From the NCBI RefSeq assembly GCF_000022265.1, contig NC_011979.1, positions 990,001 through 1,022,000 of the forward strand: a stretch of DNA of 32,000 nt, read 5' to 3'. This stretch comes from Geotalea daltonii FRC-32 (GTDB lineage: Bacteria; Desulfobacterota; Desulfuromonadia; Geobacterales; Geobacteraceae). Shown piece after piece: positions 16,350 to 24,795 of the stretch. The notes beneath the pieces are model-generated. The model saw only the letters and a program-made list of their open reading frames with translations, searched no databases and was not told the origin of the DNA. Position 1 is the first letter of the stretch. Each line of letters begins with the position of its first letter. Both the position numbers and the translations under genes were made by a program.

Positions 16350-16961
16350 TCAGGGATTGGTTGCGCTTTTCCGTTTATGGCGCCAGACATACACGGCAAT
16401 GAGCCCGGCACTGAAGACTATGACGCCAATTACCGCCTGGTGGGAGTATTCCATGATCAGCTCCTGGTTTTCCCCGATTATATAGCCTATATAGGCCAGG
16501 ACAGTGCACCAGATGCCGGCACCGAGCAGGGTATAGGTGGCGAACTTGCCGTGGTTCATGCCGGCCAGGCCGGCAGGGAGAGAGATCAGATGGCGCACCA
16601 CCGGCAGCAAACGGCCGATGAAGGTTGATATTTCACCATGTTTGTGGAAGAATGTCTCGACCTTGGCGAACTTCTCTTCGGTAATGCCCACATATTTCCC
16701 GTACTTGAGAATGAGAGGCCTGCCCAGATAATGAGCGGCATAATAATTTGCATAGGCGCCCACCAAGCTGCCGGCAGTGCCGCAGAGAATTGCCAGCCAC
16801 AGATTCATTTTGCCTTCGACGGCCCAGTAGCCGGCCGGTGGCATTACCAGCTCGCTGGGTATGGGGATGACAGAGCTTTCCATGGCCATAAGCAGGAATA
16901 TGCCGGGATAGCCCAACTTGAGTATGGTGGCCAGAAGCCAGTTGATTGCCGCGTGCAGCAT
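16350..16961 (-). CDS. DedA-family inner-membrane protein
   Basis: 203 aa, polytopic. GYPGIFLLMAMESSVIPIPSELVMPPAGY and GRLLPVVRHLISLPAG are DedA/SNARE-associated family motifs. Confidence 0.85.
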   Translation of the reverse strand: MLHAAINWLLATILKLGYPGIFLLMAMESSVIPIPSELVMPPAGYWAVEGKMNLWLAILCGTAGSLVGAYANYYAAHYLGRPLILKYGKYVGITEEKFAKVETFFHKHGEISTFIGRLLPVVRHLISLPAGLAGMNHGKFATYTLLGAGIWCTVLAYIGYIIGENQELIMEYSHQAVIGVIVFSAGLIAVYVWRHKRKSATNP

Positions 16962-17040
16962 GCTGAGACCTCGCAGAAATAAATTTGATCGGTATTTTAA
17001 CTACCGGGCCGTAAAAATGCCAGCAAAACATGGGTAATAG

Positions 17041-18864
17041 ATGAATTTTCTCCAAGCACTCCAGCATGAAGTATTGATAGGCGACGGTGCCATCGGCACC
17101 ATGCTCTATGCCAAAGGTGTGAGCCCGGACGCCAACTTTGAGCATCTGAACCTGGTCAGACCTTCGTTGGTACTGGACCTCCACCGGGAGTACGTTACAG
17201 CCGGGGCAAGGGTCATAGAAACCAACACCTTCGGTGCCAATTTTGCCAAGCTGGATGCTATCGGCATCGGTGCCAAGCTCCATGACATCAACGTCAAGGG
17301 GGCTCAGCTTGCCCGCCAGGCGGCTTCCGGACGCGATGTTTATGTTGCCGGCTCGATCGGCCCCTTGGTTGGCGCCAAGGGGGAGGAAAAGGACCTGGTA
17401 GAGGACCAGATCCGCCGGATGTTCGACGCCCAGGTAGATGCACTGGTCGAGGGGGGAGTGGATCTTTTTCTTCTGGAAACCTTTTCCGATCTCAGGCAGC
17501 TGGAAATTGGGGTGGCCGTGGCGAAAAAGACGGGGCTACCTGTCGTTGCCAGCATGGCTTTTGGCGAAAACAGCCGCATAGCCGGAGGCATACCGGTGGA
17601 GTCAGTTGCCGAGAGGCTGGCTGCTGCCGGAGCCGATGTGATTGGCGCCAACTGTGGCGCGGGGCCACTTGAAATACTCCGCACAGTGAAACGCCTGGGC
17701 AAGGTCACTGCTCTGCCCATTGCCGTTTATCCCAACAGCGGCTTTCCCGAGTATGTCAATGGCCGCTACCTGTACCGTGCCACTCCCGAATACTTTGCCG
17801 GCATGGCTGAAGAGATGGCTGCCGCCGGCGCTGTCCTCATCGGCGGCTGCTGCGGTACTACCCCTGACCATATCCGTGAGATTGCCGCCAAAGTCAAGGG
17901 GCGAAAGCCTGCCCAGCGTCAGATATCCACATCCGTGCCCTTGGCCGAAAGTGGCGAGACGCGGGCTGTGGCGGCTCCAGGTTTCCTTTCGTCCTGGGGG
18001 AAAGGGCCGGTGGTAACCGTCGAACTGGACCCGCCACGGGGGCTGGACTGCAGCAATGTGCTGACCGGCAGCCGCATCCTTAAAGAAGCCGGAGCCGACG
18101 CCATTAATCTTGCCGAAAACCCCCTGGCAAGGGTGAGAATGGGCAATATCGCCCTGGCCAACCTGATCCAGCGGGAGATCGGCATCGAAGTCATCGTCCA
18201 CATCACCTGCCGGGACAGGAACCTGCTCGGCTTGCAATCGGATCTGATGGGAGCGAGCCTGCTGGGTATCCGCTCCATTCTGGCTGTGACCGGCGACCCG
18301 GCAAGCCTGGGGGAGCAGGCAGGCGCATCCTCGGTGTTCGACCTCAATTCATTCACCCTGATCAAACTCCTGGATGACTTGAACAGGGGTGTCAACGCCC
18401 TTGGCAACCCTCTTGGCGGCGGCACCGGTTTCACCATCGGCGCCGCCTTCAATCCCAACACGGCGCGTATGGATGTCCAGACCGGCCGCCTGCTGAAAAA
18501 AGTGACCAACGGAGCCTCCTTTGCCCAGACACAACCCATCTATGACCTGAAACGTCTGGATGATATGCTGGAACAGACGGCACATCTGAACATACCGATC
18601 CTGCCCGGTGTGCTGCCCTTGGTGAGTGAGAGAAATGCCGAATTTCTCCACAATGAGGTCCCCGGCATCGTCATTCCCGAGGAAATAAGAGGGCGGATGA
18701 AGGGGAAGGAAAAAGAGGAAGGTGCCCGCGAGGGGCTGGCCATTGCCCGCGAGTTCATTGATGCCGCTCGTGACCGGGTAGGGGGCTTTTATCTGATCCC
18801 CCCCTTCGGCAGGCACGGGATAGCTGCCGAGCTGGTGAGATACATAAAGGGGATAGGAGAATAA
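17041..18864 (+). CDS. metF: Bifunctional homocysteine S-methyltransferase domain / 5,10-methylenetetrahydrofolate reductase fusion
   Basis: The N-terminal ~290 aa has the Hcy-binding domain pattern (LIGDGAIGTMLY...ETNTFGAN...GGCCGTTPDHI). The C-terminal ~300 aa is MTHFR-like (VELDPPRG...NLAENPLARVRM...HITCRDRN...LAVTGDP). Confidence 0.85.
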   Translation: MNFLQALQHEVLIGDGAIGTMLYAKGVSPDANFEHLNLVRPSLVLDLHREYVTAGARVIETNTFGANFAKLDAIGIGAKLHDINVKGAQLARQAASGRDVYVAGSIGPLVGAKGEEKDLVEDQIRRMFDAQVDALVEGGVDLFLLETFSDLRQLEIGVAVAKKTGLPVVASMAFGENSRIAGGIPVESVAERLAAAGADVIGANCGAGPLEILRTVKRLGKVTALPIAVYPNSGFPEYVNGRYLYRATPEYFAGMAEEMAAAGAVLIGGCCGTTPDHIREIAAKVKGRKPAQRQISTSVPLAESGETRAVAAPGFLSSWGKGPVVTVELDPPRGLDCSNVLTGSRILKEAGADAINLAENPLARVRMGNIALANLIQREIGIEVIVHITCRDRNLLGLQSDLMGASLLGIRSILAVTGDPASLGEQAGASSVFDLNSFTLIKLLDDLNRGVNALGNPLGGGTGFTIGAAFNPNTARMDVQTGRLLKKVTNGASFAQTQPIYDLKRLDDMLEQTAHLNIPILPGVLPLVSERNAEFLHNEVPGIVIPEEIRGRMKGKEKEEGAREGLAIAREFIDAARDRVGGFYLIPPFGRHGIAAELVRYIKGIGE

Positions 18865-18866
18865 TC

Positions 18867-19277
18867 ATGAAATTCGGCTTTCGGATGGTCCTGCTTGCTG
18901 CATCGTTGCTCATGTTTTCCGGTTGCAACTTCGGCTACATCGTGAAAGAGAATTTTGACAAGACTTCCAGATCCTATGCCACAATGCTGCGCTGGCAGGA
19001 ATTCGATGCAGGTGTTGCCTATGTGGATGCGCCGCTGCGTGACAACTATCGGAAACGTGTCGAGGCTGCCAGGGGTATCAGGGTGCTTGATTCGCGTATC
19101 CTCAGCAAGGATTGCGACACTGGGGCCAAGAAGGCGGAGGTGGTAATGGAGCTGGATTACAACATTAGTCCATCGACTACGGTGAGGACCGTTACCGATC
19201 TGCAAAAGTGGCGCTATTTCGATGAGGGTGAAAAGAAAGGGTGGCGGTTGGAGTCGCTGCTACCTGAATTTAAATAA
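18867..19277 (+). CDS. Hypothetical lipoprotein
   Basis: MKFGFRMVLLAASLLMFSGC is a signal peptide with a lipobox (FSGC). I recognise no domain. It is tightly packed between metF and the sulfite-reductase-like gene. Confidence 0.6.
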   Translation: MKFGFRMVLLAASLLMFSGCNFGYIVKENFDKTSRSYATMLRWQEFDAGVAYVDAPLRDNYRKRVEAARGIRVLDSRILSKDCDTGAKKAEVVMELDYNISPSTTVRTVTDLQKWRYFDEGEKKGWRLESLLPEFK

Positions 19278-19304
19278 AAACTTATCCGAAGTCAGGAGGA
19301 AAAA

Positions 19305-19976
19305 ATGAAGAAGGATATTCCGGAAAAAGGGGCAATACTGCAGCGCGACCGGGAAACCTACGCCATTGCCCCCCATATCCCGGGAGGGATAACCGATACC
19401 GCCACCCTGCGCAAGATCTGCGATGTGGCGGACAAGTACCAGGTGCAGGCAGTAAAAATCACCTCTGCCCAGCGCATTGCCCTGGTTGGGATAAAAGAAG
19501 AGGACCTGGATGCGGTTTGGGCTGAGCTGGCCACAACCCCGGGTGCCGCCATCGGCCTCTGTGTGCGTAGCATCAAAATCTGTCCCGGGACAAGCTACTG
19601 CAAGCGGGGGGTGCAGGATTCCATCTCTCTTGGGCTCAAGCTTGACAGTATCTACCATGCCATGGAGCTTCCCAACAAGCTGAAGATGGGGGTTTCCGGC
19701 TGCCTGGTTTCATGTGCCGAATCGGCCCTGAAAGATATTGGCATCATGGGCACCAACAAGGGGTGGCGGATCATGGTAGGGGGCAATGCCGGTGCCCGTC
19801 CGCGTATTGCGGATCTATTGGTGGATAATGTGCCGACTGAAGAGGAAGTCCTTGAAATCGTGGCGAAGATAATAGCCTGGTACAAGGGCTCGACAAACCA
19901 GAACCGCATTGGTCGCATAATAGATGAGATGGGTATTGACCGTGTTCGCCAAGAGGTGCTCGGGAAGGACGCTTGA
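19305..19976 (+). CDS. Small sirohaem/[4Fe-4S] sulfite- or nitrite-reductase-like protein (low-molecular-weight assimilatory-type sulfite reductase class)
   Basis: 223 aa. Ferredoxin-like half-domain (GGITDTATLRKICDVADKY...VKITSAQRIALVGI) plus a Cys cluster, CPGTSYC (CX5C) ... GVSGCLVSC (CX3C), that is typical of sirohaem-[4Fe-4S] coupling. Confidence 0.75.
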   Translation: MKKDIPEKGAILQRDRETYAIAPHIPGGITDTATLRKICDVADKYQVQAVKITSAQRIALVGIKEEDLDAVWAELATTPGAAIGLCVRSIKICPGTSYCKRGVQDSISLGLKLDSIYHAMELPNKLKMGVSGCLVSCAESALKDIGIMGTNKGWRIMVGGNAGARPRIADLLVDNVPTEEEVLEIVAKIIAWYKGSTNQNRIGRIIDEMGIDRVRQEVLGKDA

Positions 19977-20051
19977 TTTCGATGGTCAAGATTTACAAGT
20001 AAAGGAGAGGGGCGATCCATTGGGGGCGCCCCTTAATAATGTGGGGTTCCT

Positions 20052-20810
20052 GTGGCACTCATTGAAGATGCTTTGTACAAAAGGATTAAAAACAGGGTAG
20101 GTCGCGCCATCGCCGAATACGGACTGATCGAGGACGGAGACCGTATTGCAGTTGGCGTTTCCGGTGGCAAGGATTCATACACGTTGTTGCATATGCTGGA
20201 TACCTTGAGGAGAAGGGCACCGGTGCGCTACGAGGTCGTCGCCATCAACATCGACTCGGGATATCCCGGTTTCAGGGCGGACATCATCGAAGAACATCTC
20301 CATGAGAACGGCTTTACCGTGCATATGGAGAAAACGGATCATTATGGCATCATCAAGGAAAAGCGACGTCTCGATTCCTCCTACTGTTCCATCTGTGCCC
20401 GCCTAAAAAGAGGAGCTCTCTATGCCCTGGCCCAGCAGCACAATTGCAACAAGCTGGCGCTGGGTCACCACATGGACGATTTCATCGAAACCCTGCTGCT
20501 CAACCAGTTCTTTGTCGGCGCACTCAAGGCGATGGCGCCGGGGATGCTGGCCGACAACGGGCTGACGACGGTAATCAGGCCACTCGTTTATGTATCAGAA
20601 GAAGACATCATTCAATTTTCCCGCAACAACCGTTTCCCTGTGGTCTGTTGCTGCTGCCCGGTTTGTGGTTCCGCCGATCAGCAACGCAGAAGGATGAAAG
20701 AACTTCTGAAGGAGCTGGAAAAGGAAAATCCATACATCAAAAAGAGTCTCTTAAGGGCTCTCGCCAATGTGCAGCCGCGCCACCTTCTGGACAAGAGACT
20801 GAAATCCTGA
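20052..20810 (+). CDS. ttcA: tRNA 2-thiocytidine(32) synthetase TtcA family (PP-loop ATPase, Fe-S)
   Basis: PP-loop VGVSGGKDSYTLLHML, CSICARLKRG (CxxC), LALGHHMDD, and a C-terminal CCCCPVCG. GTG start at 20052. Confidence 0.85.
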   Translation: MALIEDALYKRIKNRVGRAIAEYGLIEDGDRIAVGVSGGKDSYTLLHMLDTLRRRAPVRYEVVAINIDSGYPGFRADIIEEHLHENGFTVHMEKTDHYGIIKEKRRLDSSYCSICARLKRGALYALAQQHNCNKLALGHHMDDFIETLLLNQFFVGALKAMAPGMLADNGLTTVIRPLVYVSEEDIIQFSRNNRFPVVCCCCPVCGSADQQRRRMKELLKELEKENPYIKKSLLRALANVQPRHLLDKRLKS

Positions 20811-20952
20811 TTCGGCTGACTTCCTTTCTGTGGCGGCGCCTGCGCCCGATTTTCACAGCTTTCAGTCGCTTCCAGTCCCTGATCTCGTCCATGGCAGCCA
20901 GATAGCCGCAGTAGATAACAGTTACCGCTCCCGTTACAACGATAAGTTCCAT
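20737..20952 (-). CDS. Tentative small single-TM protein (71 aa)
   Basis: GGGGAGGGG Shine-Dalgarno with GGAGG 6 nt upstream of the ATG at 20952. Possible promoter TTGCGA (21010-21015 rc), 18 nt spacer, TATGCT (20986-20991 rc). Product is MELIVVTGAVTVIYCGYLAAM (TM helix) followed by an Arg/Lys-rich segment. The last 74 nt overlap the 3' end of ttcA antisense, which weakens the call. Confidence 0.3.
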   Translation of the reverse strand: MELIVVTGAVTVIYCGYLAAMDEIRDWKRLKAVKIGRRRRHRKEVSRIRISVSCPEGGAAAHWREPLRDSF

Positions 20953-21048
20953 TTTTCCCCTCCCCACTCTTTATGGTCAAACCATAGCATAGGGTTGGGA
21001 CACAATAAGTCGCAAAAGTATGTGTGGCGCTCTGTAGGGATCCAATAT

Positions 21049-22026
21049 ATGAGTCAACGATATATTCAGCCCCTGAGGATCATGATCCAGTGGGGTTTTC
21101 TCCTCTTCTCCCTTTACCTGGGGATCCTCTTTTTCCGTTTTGTCTACCATCTCCGCCTGGGCGCATCGGGCCCGCTCCCTGGCAGGCCGGAAGGGATCGA
21201 GGCCTTCCTGCCCATCTCCGCCCTTTTGAGCCTGAAGGATTGGCTGACCAGCGGTTCCATCAATCCGGTACATCCTGCTGCTCTGGTCATTTTTCTCAGT
21301 GTCGTTGCCGGTTCCTTCCTGCTGAAGCGGTCATTCTGTTCCTGGATCTGTCCGGTAGGAACCATTTCAGAGGTGCTGTGGAAGGGAGGATTCAGCATCT
21401 TCAAGCGCAACATCCAGCCTCCCCGCTGGCTGGACCTGATTTTGCGCAGCATCAAGTTTCTGCTGCTCGCTTTTTTCCTCTATTCAATTTTCTTTGCCAT
21501 GCTGCCGGAGCAGGTCACCGCTTTCATCTATTCCGAATACAACAAGATCGCCGATGTGAGACTCCTGGACTTTTTCCTCAACCTGTCAGGGCGGCCTCTG
21601 GTGATAATCGGCCTGCTTGTGCTGCTATCACTGGGGCTACGCAATCCTTTCTGCCGCTTTCTCTGCCCCTATGGCGCTCTTCTGGGGCTGATATCGCTTT
21701 TTTCACCAGTGAAGGCAACCCGGAACAAAAGCACCTGCGTATCCTGCGGCGTCTGCAACCAGGTTTGCCCTTCGTACATCCCCATCATGTCCAGGGAGCG
21801 GGTTCATTCGGAAGAGTGCATCGGCTGCCTGCGCTGTGTCAGCCACTGCCGAGCAGAAGGGGCTTTGGCCATGAAGCTTACCGGATGCAAGGTTACGGTG
21901 AATGGGGTGGTCTTTGCCATGCTGGTGGTTTTGTTTTTCTGGGGCGGGACAATGATCGGCAAGATGGGCGGGCACTGGCATACTGCCATCACAGCAGCGG
22001 AATACGGTCGGCTGCTCGGCAGATAG
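21049..22026 (+). CDS. Integral-membrane polyferredoxin (NapH/MauN/NosR-like 4Fe-4S binding protein)
   Basis: ATG at 21049 (ORF is open from 20830). Several TM helices. Membrane-proximal CSWICPVGT and CRFLCPYGA motifs, plus C-terminal CVSCGVCNQVCP and CIGCLRCVSHC ferredoxin clusters. Confidence 0.8.
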   Translation: MSQRYIQPLRIMIQWGFLLFSLYLGILFFRFVYHLRLGASGPLPGRPEGIEAFLPISALLSLKDWLTSGSINPVHPAALVIFLSVVAGSFLLKRSFCSWICPVGTISEVLWKGGFSIFKRNIQPPRWLDLILRSIKFLLLAFFLYSIFFAMLPEQVTAFIYSEYNKIADVRLLDFFLNLSGRPLVIIGLLVLLSLGLRNPFCRFLCPYGALLGLISLFSPVKATRNKSTCVSCGVCNQVCPSYIPIMSRERVHSEECIGCLRCVSHCRAEGALAMKLTGCKVTVNGVVFAMLVVLFFWGGTMIGKMGGHWHTAITAAEYGRLLGR

Positions 22027-22063
22027 GAAGAAGAAATAGGACTATCTGAGAATTTGTGGAGAA

Positions 22064-22235
22064 GCCTGTCGCGACTTCGTCCGCTCGCTCGGTCGCCGCA
22101 GCTACGGACCTTGCACGGTCTGTCGATCCCGTTGCCCGGTTGGCAGATCGCTACCGATGGTGCCTTGTTCTACTTCGGGGCGGGTGTCCGCTCGCCGCTG
22201 CGGCTCGGTCACTCACTCCCGAAGCCGCGACAGGC
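22064..22235. repeat. Structured palindromic intergenic element B (MITE/REP-like), same architecture as element A
   Basis: GCCTGTCGCGACTTCG (22064-22079) matches the reverse complement of 22220-22235 (GCCTGTCGCGGCTTCG) at 15/16 positions. Inner 8-bp helix gccgcagc (22095-22102) / gctgcggc (22197-22204). Two direct TCCGCTCGC cores at 22080-22090 and 22187-22196. It lies between the polyferredoxin stop and the terminator. Confidence 0.6.
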
Positions 22236-22254
22236 CCGGCGCCATCGGATGAAC

Positions 22255-22297
22255 CTAAAAAGAAAAAGAGCGCTGCTTCCGCGGCGCCCTTTTTTTG
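22255..22297. terminator. Bidirectional rho-independent terminator (polyferredoxin/element B on plus, dksA on minus)
   Basis: agagcgctgc-ttcc-gcggcgccct (22267-22290) is a 10-bp stem with one mismatch and one wobble on either strand. It is flanked by ctaaaaagaaaa and a run of tttttt (22291-22296). Confidence 0.7.
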
Positions 22298-22309
22298 CTT
22301 GTTGGCTTT

Positions 22310-22729
22310 TCAGGCCTCTTCTTCCTCGCCCAGAGCGATTTCTCGATAGGCACGATCTTCTTCAAATCGCTTGGTCTGGGCCTGCAGCTTTTCAATATCC
22401 GCCTTGCACTTGACGCAATAGCGGGCAAAAGGGACTATCTTCAGCCGGCCAATGGGAATCTCTTCTTCACATTCTTCGCAAATGCCATACTCTTCCTCTT
22501 CGATCTTCAGCAGAGCCTCATCAATATTGCGCAGTTTCTCCCGCTCGCGGTCGTCGAGCAAAAGCCCCAGTTCCCGATCCCGTTCGCTGGATGCCTGATC
22601 ATAAATATCGCCGCTCGGTTCGTTGGTGGGAATATCCGAACCTGATTTGAGAGACTTGCTGATTTCCTTGATGGTCTCTTCTTTCATCTTAAGGAGGATG
22701 GCTTTCATCTCATCCAGTTTATCAACCAT
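22310..22729 (-). CDS. dksA: DksA/TraR-family C4 zinc-finger transcription factor
   Basis: ATG at 22729 (ORF opens at 22786). It has a coiled-coil tip motif DIYDQA (DxxDxA) and the zinc finger CEECEEEIPIGRLKIVPFARYCVKCK. Confidence 0.85.
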   Translation of the reverse strand: MVDKLDEMKAILLKMKEETIKEISKSLKSGSDIPTNEPSGDIYDQASSERDRELGLLLDDREREKLRNIDEALLKIEEEEYGICEECEEEIPIGRLKIVPFARYCVKCKADIEKLQAQTKRFEEDRAYREIALGEEEEA

Positions 22730-22774
22730 AAATGCGCTCCGTTCCTTGAGTTTACCGCCGTAAAAGGCGTCGCA

Positions 22775-22802
22775 ATAATACAGCAATAGTTTTCTTTGTC
22801 AA
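22775..22802 (-). promoter_or_regulatory. Likely sigma70 promoter for dksA
   Basis: On the minus strand: TTGACA (22797-22802), 16 nt spacer, TATTAT (22775-22780), about 45 nt upstream of the dksA ATG and just downstream of the rimO stop. Confidence 0.5.
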
Positions 22803-22830
22803 GGGAAAAGCCCTCTTTAAAATGGCGTCT

Positions 22831-24186
22831 TTAGGGGCTTTGGGAAACTATTTCACCGATGAGATCATAATCGGAGGAATCGGTGATCCTCAATCTTACA
22901 ATCTCGCCAACCTGTGCATTTCCCGCTGTAATGTATACCTGTCCGTCAATGTCCGGGGCCTGTCTTGACGAACGTCCCTTAAGCAGGAGTTCGGTTTCCT
23001 CGCTGTATCCTTCGATGAGCACCATTTCTTCCTTATCGACCAGGCTGCGGTTATGCTTGAATGAAACCCTCGCCTGGGTCCGCATCAACTTCTTGTAACG
23101 TTCCCTCTTGATCCGTTCGGAAACCTGTTCGGCCATCTCGAATGCAGGTGTGCCCTCTTCCCTGGAGTAGCAGAACACCCCCATGCGATCGAAGCGGGTT
23201 TCTTCAACAAATTGAACAAGCTTCTTGAAGTCGTCATCTGTTTCACCGGGAAAACCGACAATGAATGAGGTCCTGATGGCAATACCCGGTACTTCCGTCC
23301 TCAGCTTTGCAATAAGTTCCCTGATCTCAGCTTCACTGCTCCTGCGGTTCATCTGTTTCAGAATCGGGTCGCTGATGTGCTGGAGAGGTATGTCCAGGTA
23401 TTTGCATACCTTGTCCTCCTCCTTGATCAGCTTGATCAGGCTGTCGCTGATGCCGTCGGGGTAGGCATAGAGAAGACGGATCCATTGCAATCCCTCCAGT
23501 TTTACCAGCGACCTGATCAGCGCCTCAAGAGTTGCTCCTTCGTTCAGATCCTTGCCATAGCCGGTAATATCCTGGGCAATGAGGTTGATCTCCCTGACCC
23601 CCTTGGCCACCAACCCCTTTGCTTCCCTGAGAAGCTTGTCCATGGGACGGGACCTGAAAGAACCCCGCAGGGAAGGGATGACACAGTATGAACAGCAGTT
23701 GGAACAGCCTTCGGCGATCTTGAGATATGCGGTGTAGTAGGGGGACGACTGCAACCTGGGCAGTTCGTCATCATAAAGAAAGTTGGGATCGCCGGTATAG
23801 CAGAGCTGTTCCGAAAGTCCCCGTTTTTCGGCAATGATTTCAGCAATACGGGGGTAATCGCCGGTGCCGACAAAAATGTCGACCTCGGGTAGTTCTTTGA
23901 CCAGTTCCTCCTGATACCGCTGGGGGAGGCATCCGGTGACGATCAGCATTTTACAACGGGCATCATGTTTGCGGTCGGCCAGGTCCAGAATGGTGTCGAT
24001 GCTCTCCTGCTTTGCTTCCTTGATAAAAGAACAGGTGTTGACAATGATGATATCGGCTTCATGTTCGTCGGTGGTTACCTCGTAGCTGTCCTTTGACAGG
24101 TAGCCAAGCATTACCTCGGCGTCCACCAGGTTTTTCGGACAACCCAGGCTGACCAGACTTACTTTTTCTTTACTGTTCGTACTCAA
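22831..24186 (-). CDS. rimO: Ribosomal protein S12 methylthiotransferase (radical SAM, MTTase + TRAM)
   Basis: [32 protein letters not shown], radical-SAM CSNCCSYC, and a C-terminal TRAM-like segment. TTG start at 24186 with AAGGAG 5 nt upstream. Confidence 0.9.
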   Translation of the reverse strand: MSTNSKEKVSLVSLGCPKNLVDAEVMLGYLSKDSYEVTTDEHEADIIIVNTCSFIKEAKQESIDTILDLADRKHDARCKMLIVTGCLPQRYQEELVKELPEVDIFVGTGDYPRIAEIIAEKRGLSEQLCYTGDPNFLYDDELPRLQSSPYYTAYLKIAEGCSNCCSYCVIPSLRGSFRSRPMDKLLREAKGLVAKGVREINLIAQDITGYGKDLNEGATLEALIRSLVKLEGLQWIRLLYAYPDGISDSLIKLIKEEDKVCKYLDIPLQHISDPILKQMNRRSSEAEIRELIAKLRTEVPGIAIRTSFIVGFPGETDDDFKKLVQFVEETRFDRMGVFCYSREEGTPAFEMAEQVSERIKRERYKKLMRTQARVSFKHNRSLVDKEEMVLIEGYSEETELLLKGRSSRQAPDIDGQVYITAGNAQVGEIVRLRITDSSDYDLIGEIVSQSP

Positions 24187-24284
24187 AATTACTCCTTTTT
24201 TAAGCGGTCGGCGGTATTCAGTCGGCAGTCGGCAGTGGCGGTCAGCAGCAAGTTGCTGACGGTGCCCCGGCCTGGTTTACTCGG

Positions 24285-24770
24285 CTACTGCCTGAAATTG
24301 ACAAACTGCAGATCGAGGCCCAGGTCTTTGCCCTTGAGCAGTTGGATGACCTGCTGCAGGTCGTCGATGTTCTTTCCCGTTACACGTACCTGATCATCCT
24401 GGATCTGGCTTTGCACCTTCAGCTTGGTCTCCTTGATGACATTGTTGATCTCCTTGCCCTTTTCCTTGGATACTCCCTGCTGAACGTCGATCACCTGGCG
24501 CACCATGCTGCCGGAGGCATTTTCCACCTTGCCGTACTGCAAAGCCTTGGCTGAAATGCCCCTCTTGATGAACTTGGACTGCAGGATGTCGATGATTGCC
24601 TTGAGCCGGAAGTCATCTTCGGTCAGAACCTTGATGGCATCCTTTTCAAGGGTAACCTCGCTCTTCGAACCCTTGAAATCGTAACGTTGGGCTATCTCCT
24701 TTACTGCCTGATTTACGGCGTTGTCAACTTCCTGCATATCAACTTTTGATACGATATCGAATGACGGCAT
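24285..24770 (-). CDS. yajQ: YajQ/UPF0234-family nucleotide-binding protein
   Basis: [35 protein letters not shown] closely parallels the E. coli YajQ N-terminus. 161 aa. AGGAGGA RBS. It lies only 25 nt downstream of the preceding LolA-like gene. Confidence 0.9.
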   Translation of the reverse strand: MPSFDIVSKVDMQEVDNAVNQAVKEIAQRYDFKGSKSEVTLEKDAIKVLTEDDFRLKAIIDILQSKFIKRGISAKALQYGKVENASGSMVRQVIDVQQGVSKEKGKEINNVIKETKLKVQSQIQDDQVRVTGKNIDDLQQVIQLLKGKDLGLDLQFVNFRQ

Positions 24771-24795
24771 CTCTCCTCCTGAATAACATCTGATT

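Noticed and set aside
15588-18539. Several 200-216-aa antisense or out-of-frame ORFs (15588-16214, 16633-17283, 17602-18237, 17919-18539).
   Set aside because: Each lies opposite or out of frame to a gene with strong family signatures (tal, dedA, metF fusion). Their translations are low-complexity and lack start-site context.
21024-22049. A 341-aa same-strand alternative-frame ORF overlapping the polyferredoxin gene.
   Set aside because: The 21049-22026 frame gives TM helices plus canonical CxxCxxCxxxCP ferredoxin motifs. The alternative frame is Arg/Pro/Gly-rich with no motifs.
22054-22413. ORFs of 119 aa and 97 aa spanning repeat element B.
   Set aside because: They are translations of a GC-rich palindromic repeat (Arg/Ala/Pro/Leu-rich). 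They lack an RBS and run through a terminator and into dksA antisense.
24207-24233. A CRISPR-like or tandem repeat array.
   Set aside because: There are only three 6-nt units with 1-8 nt spacers. That is far too short and irregular for a CRISPR array, and no cas genes are present.
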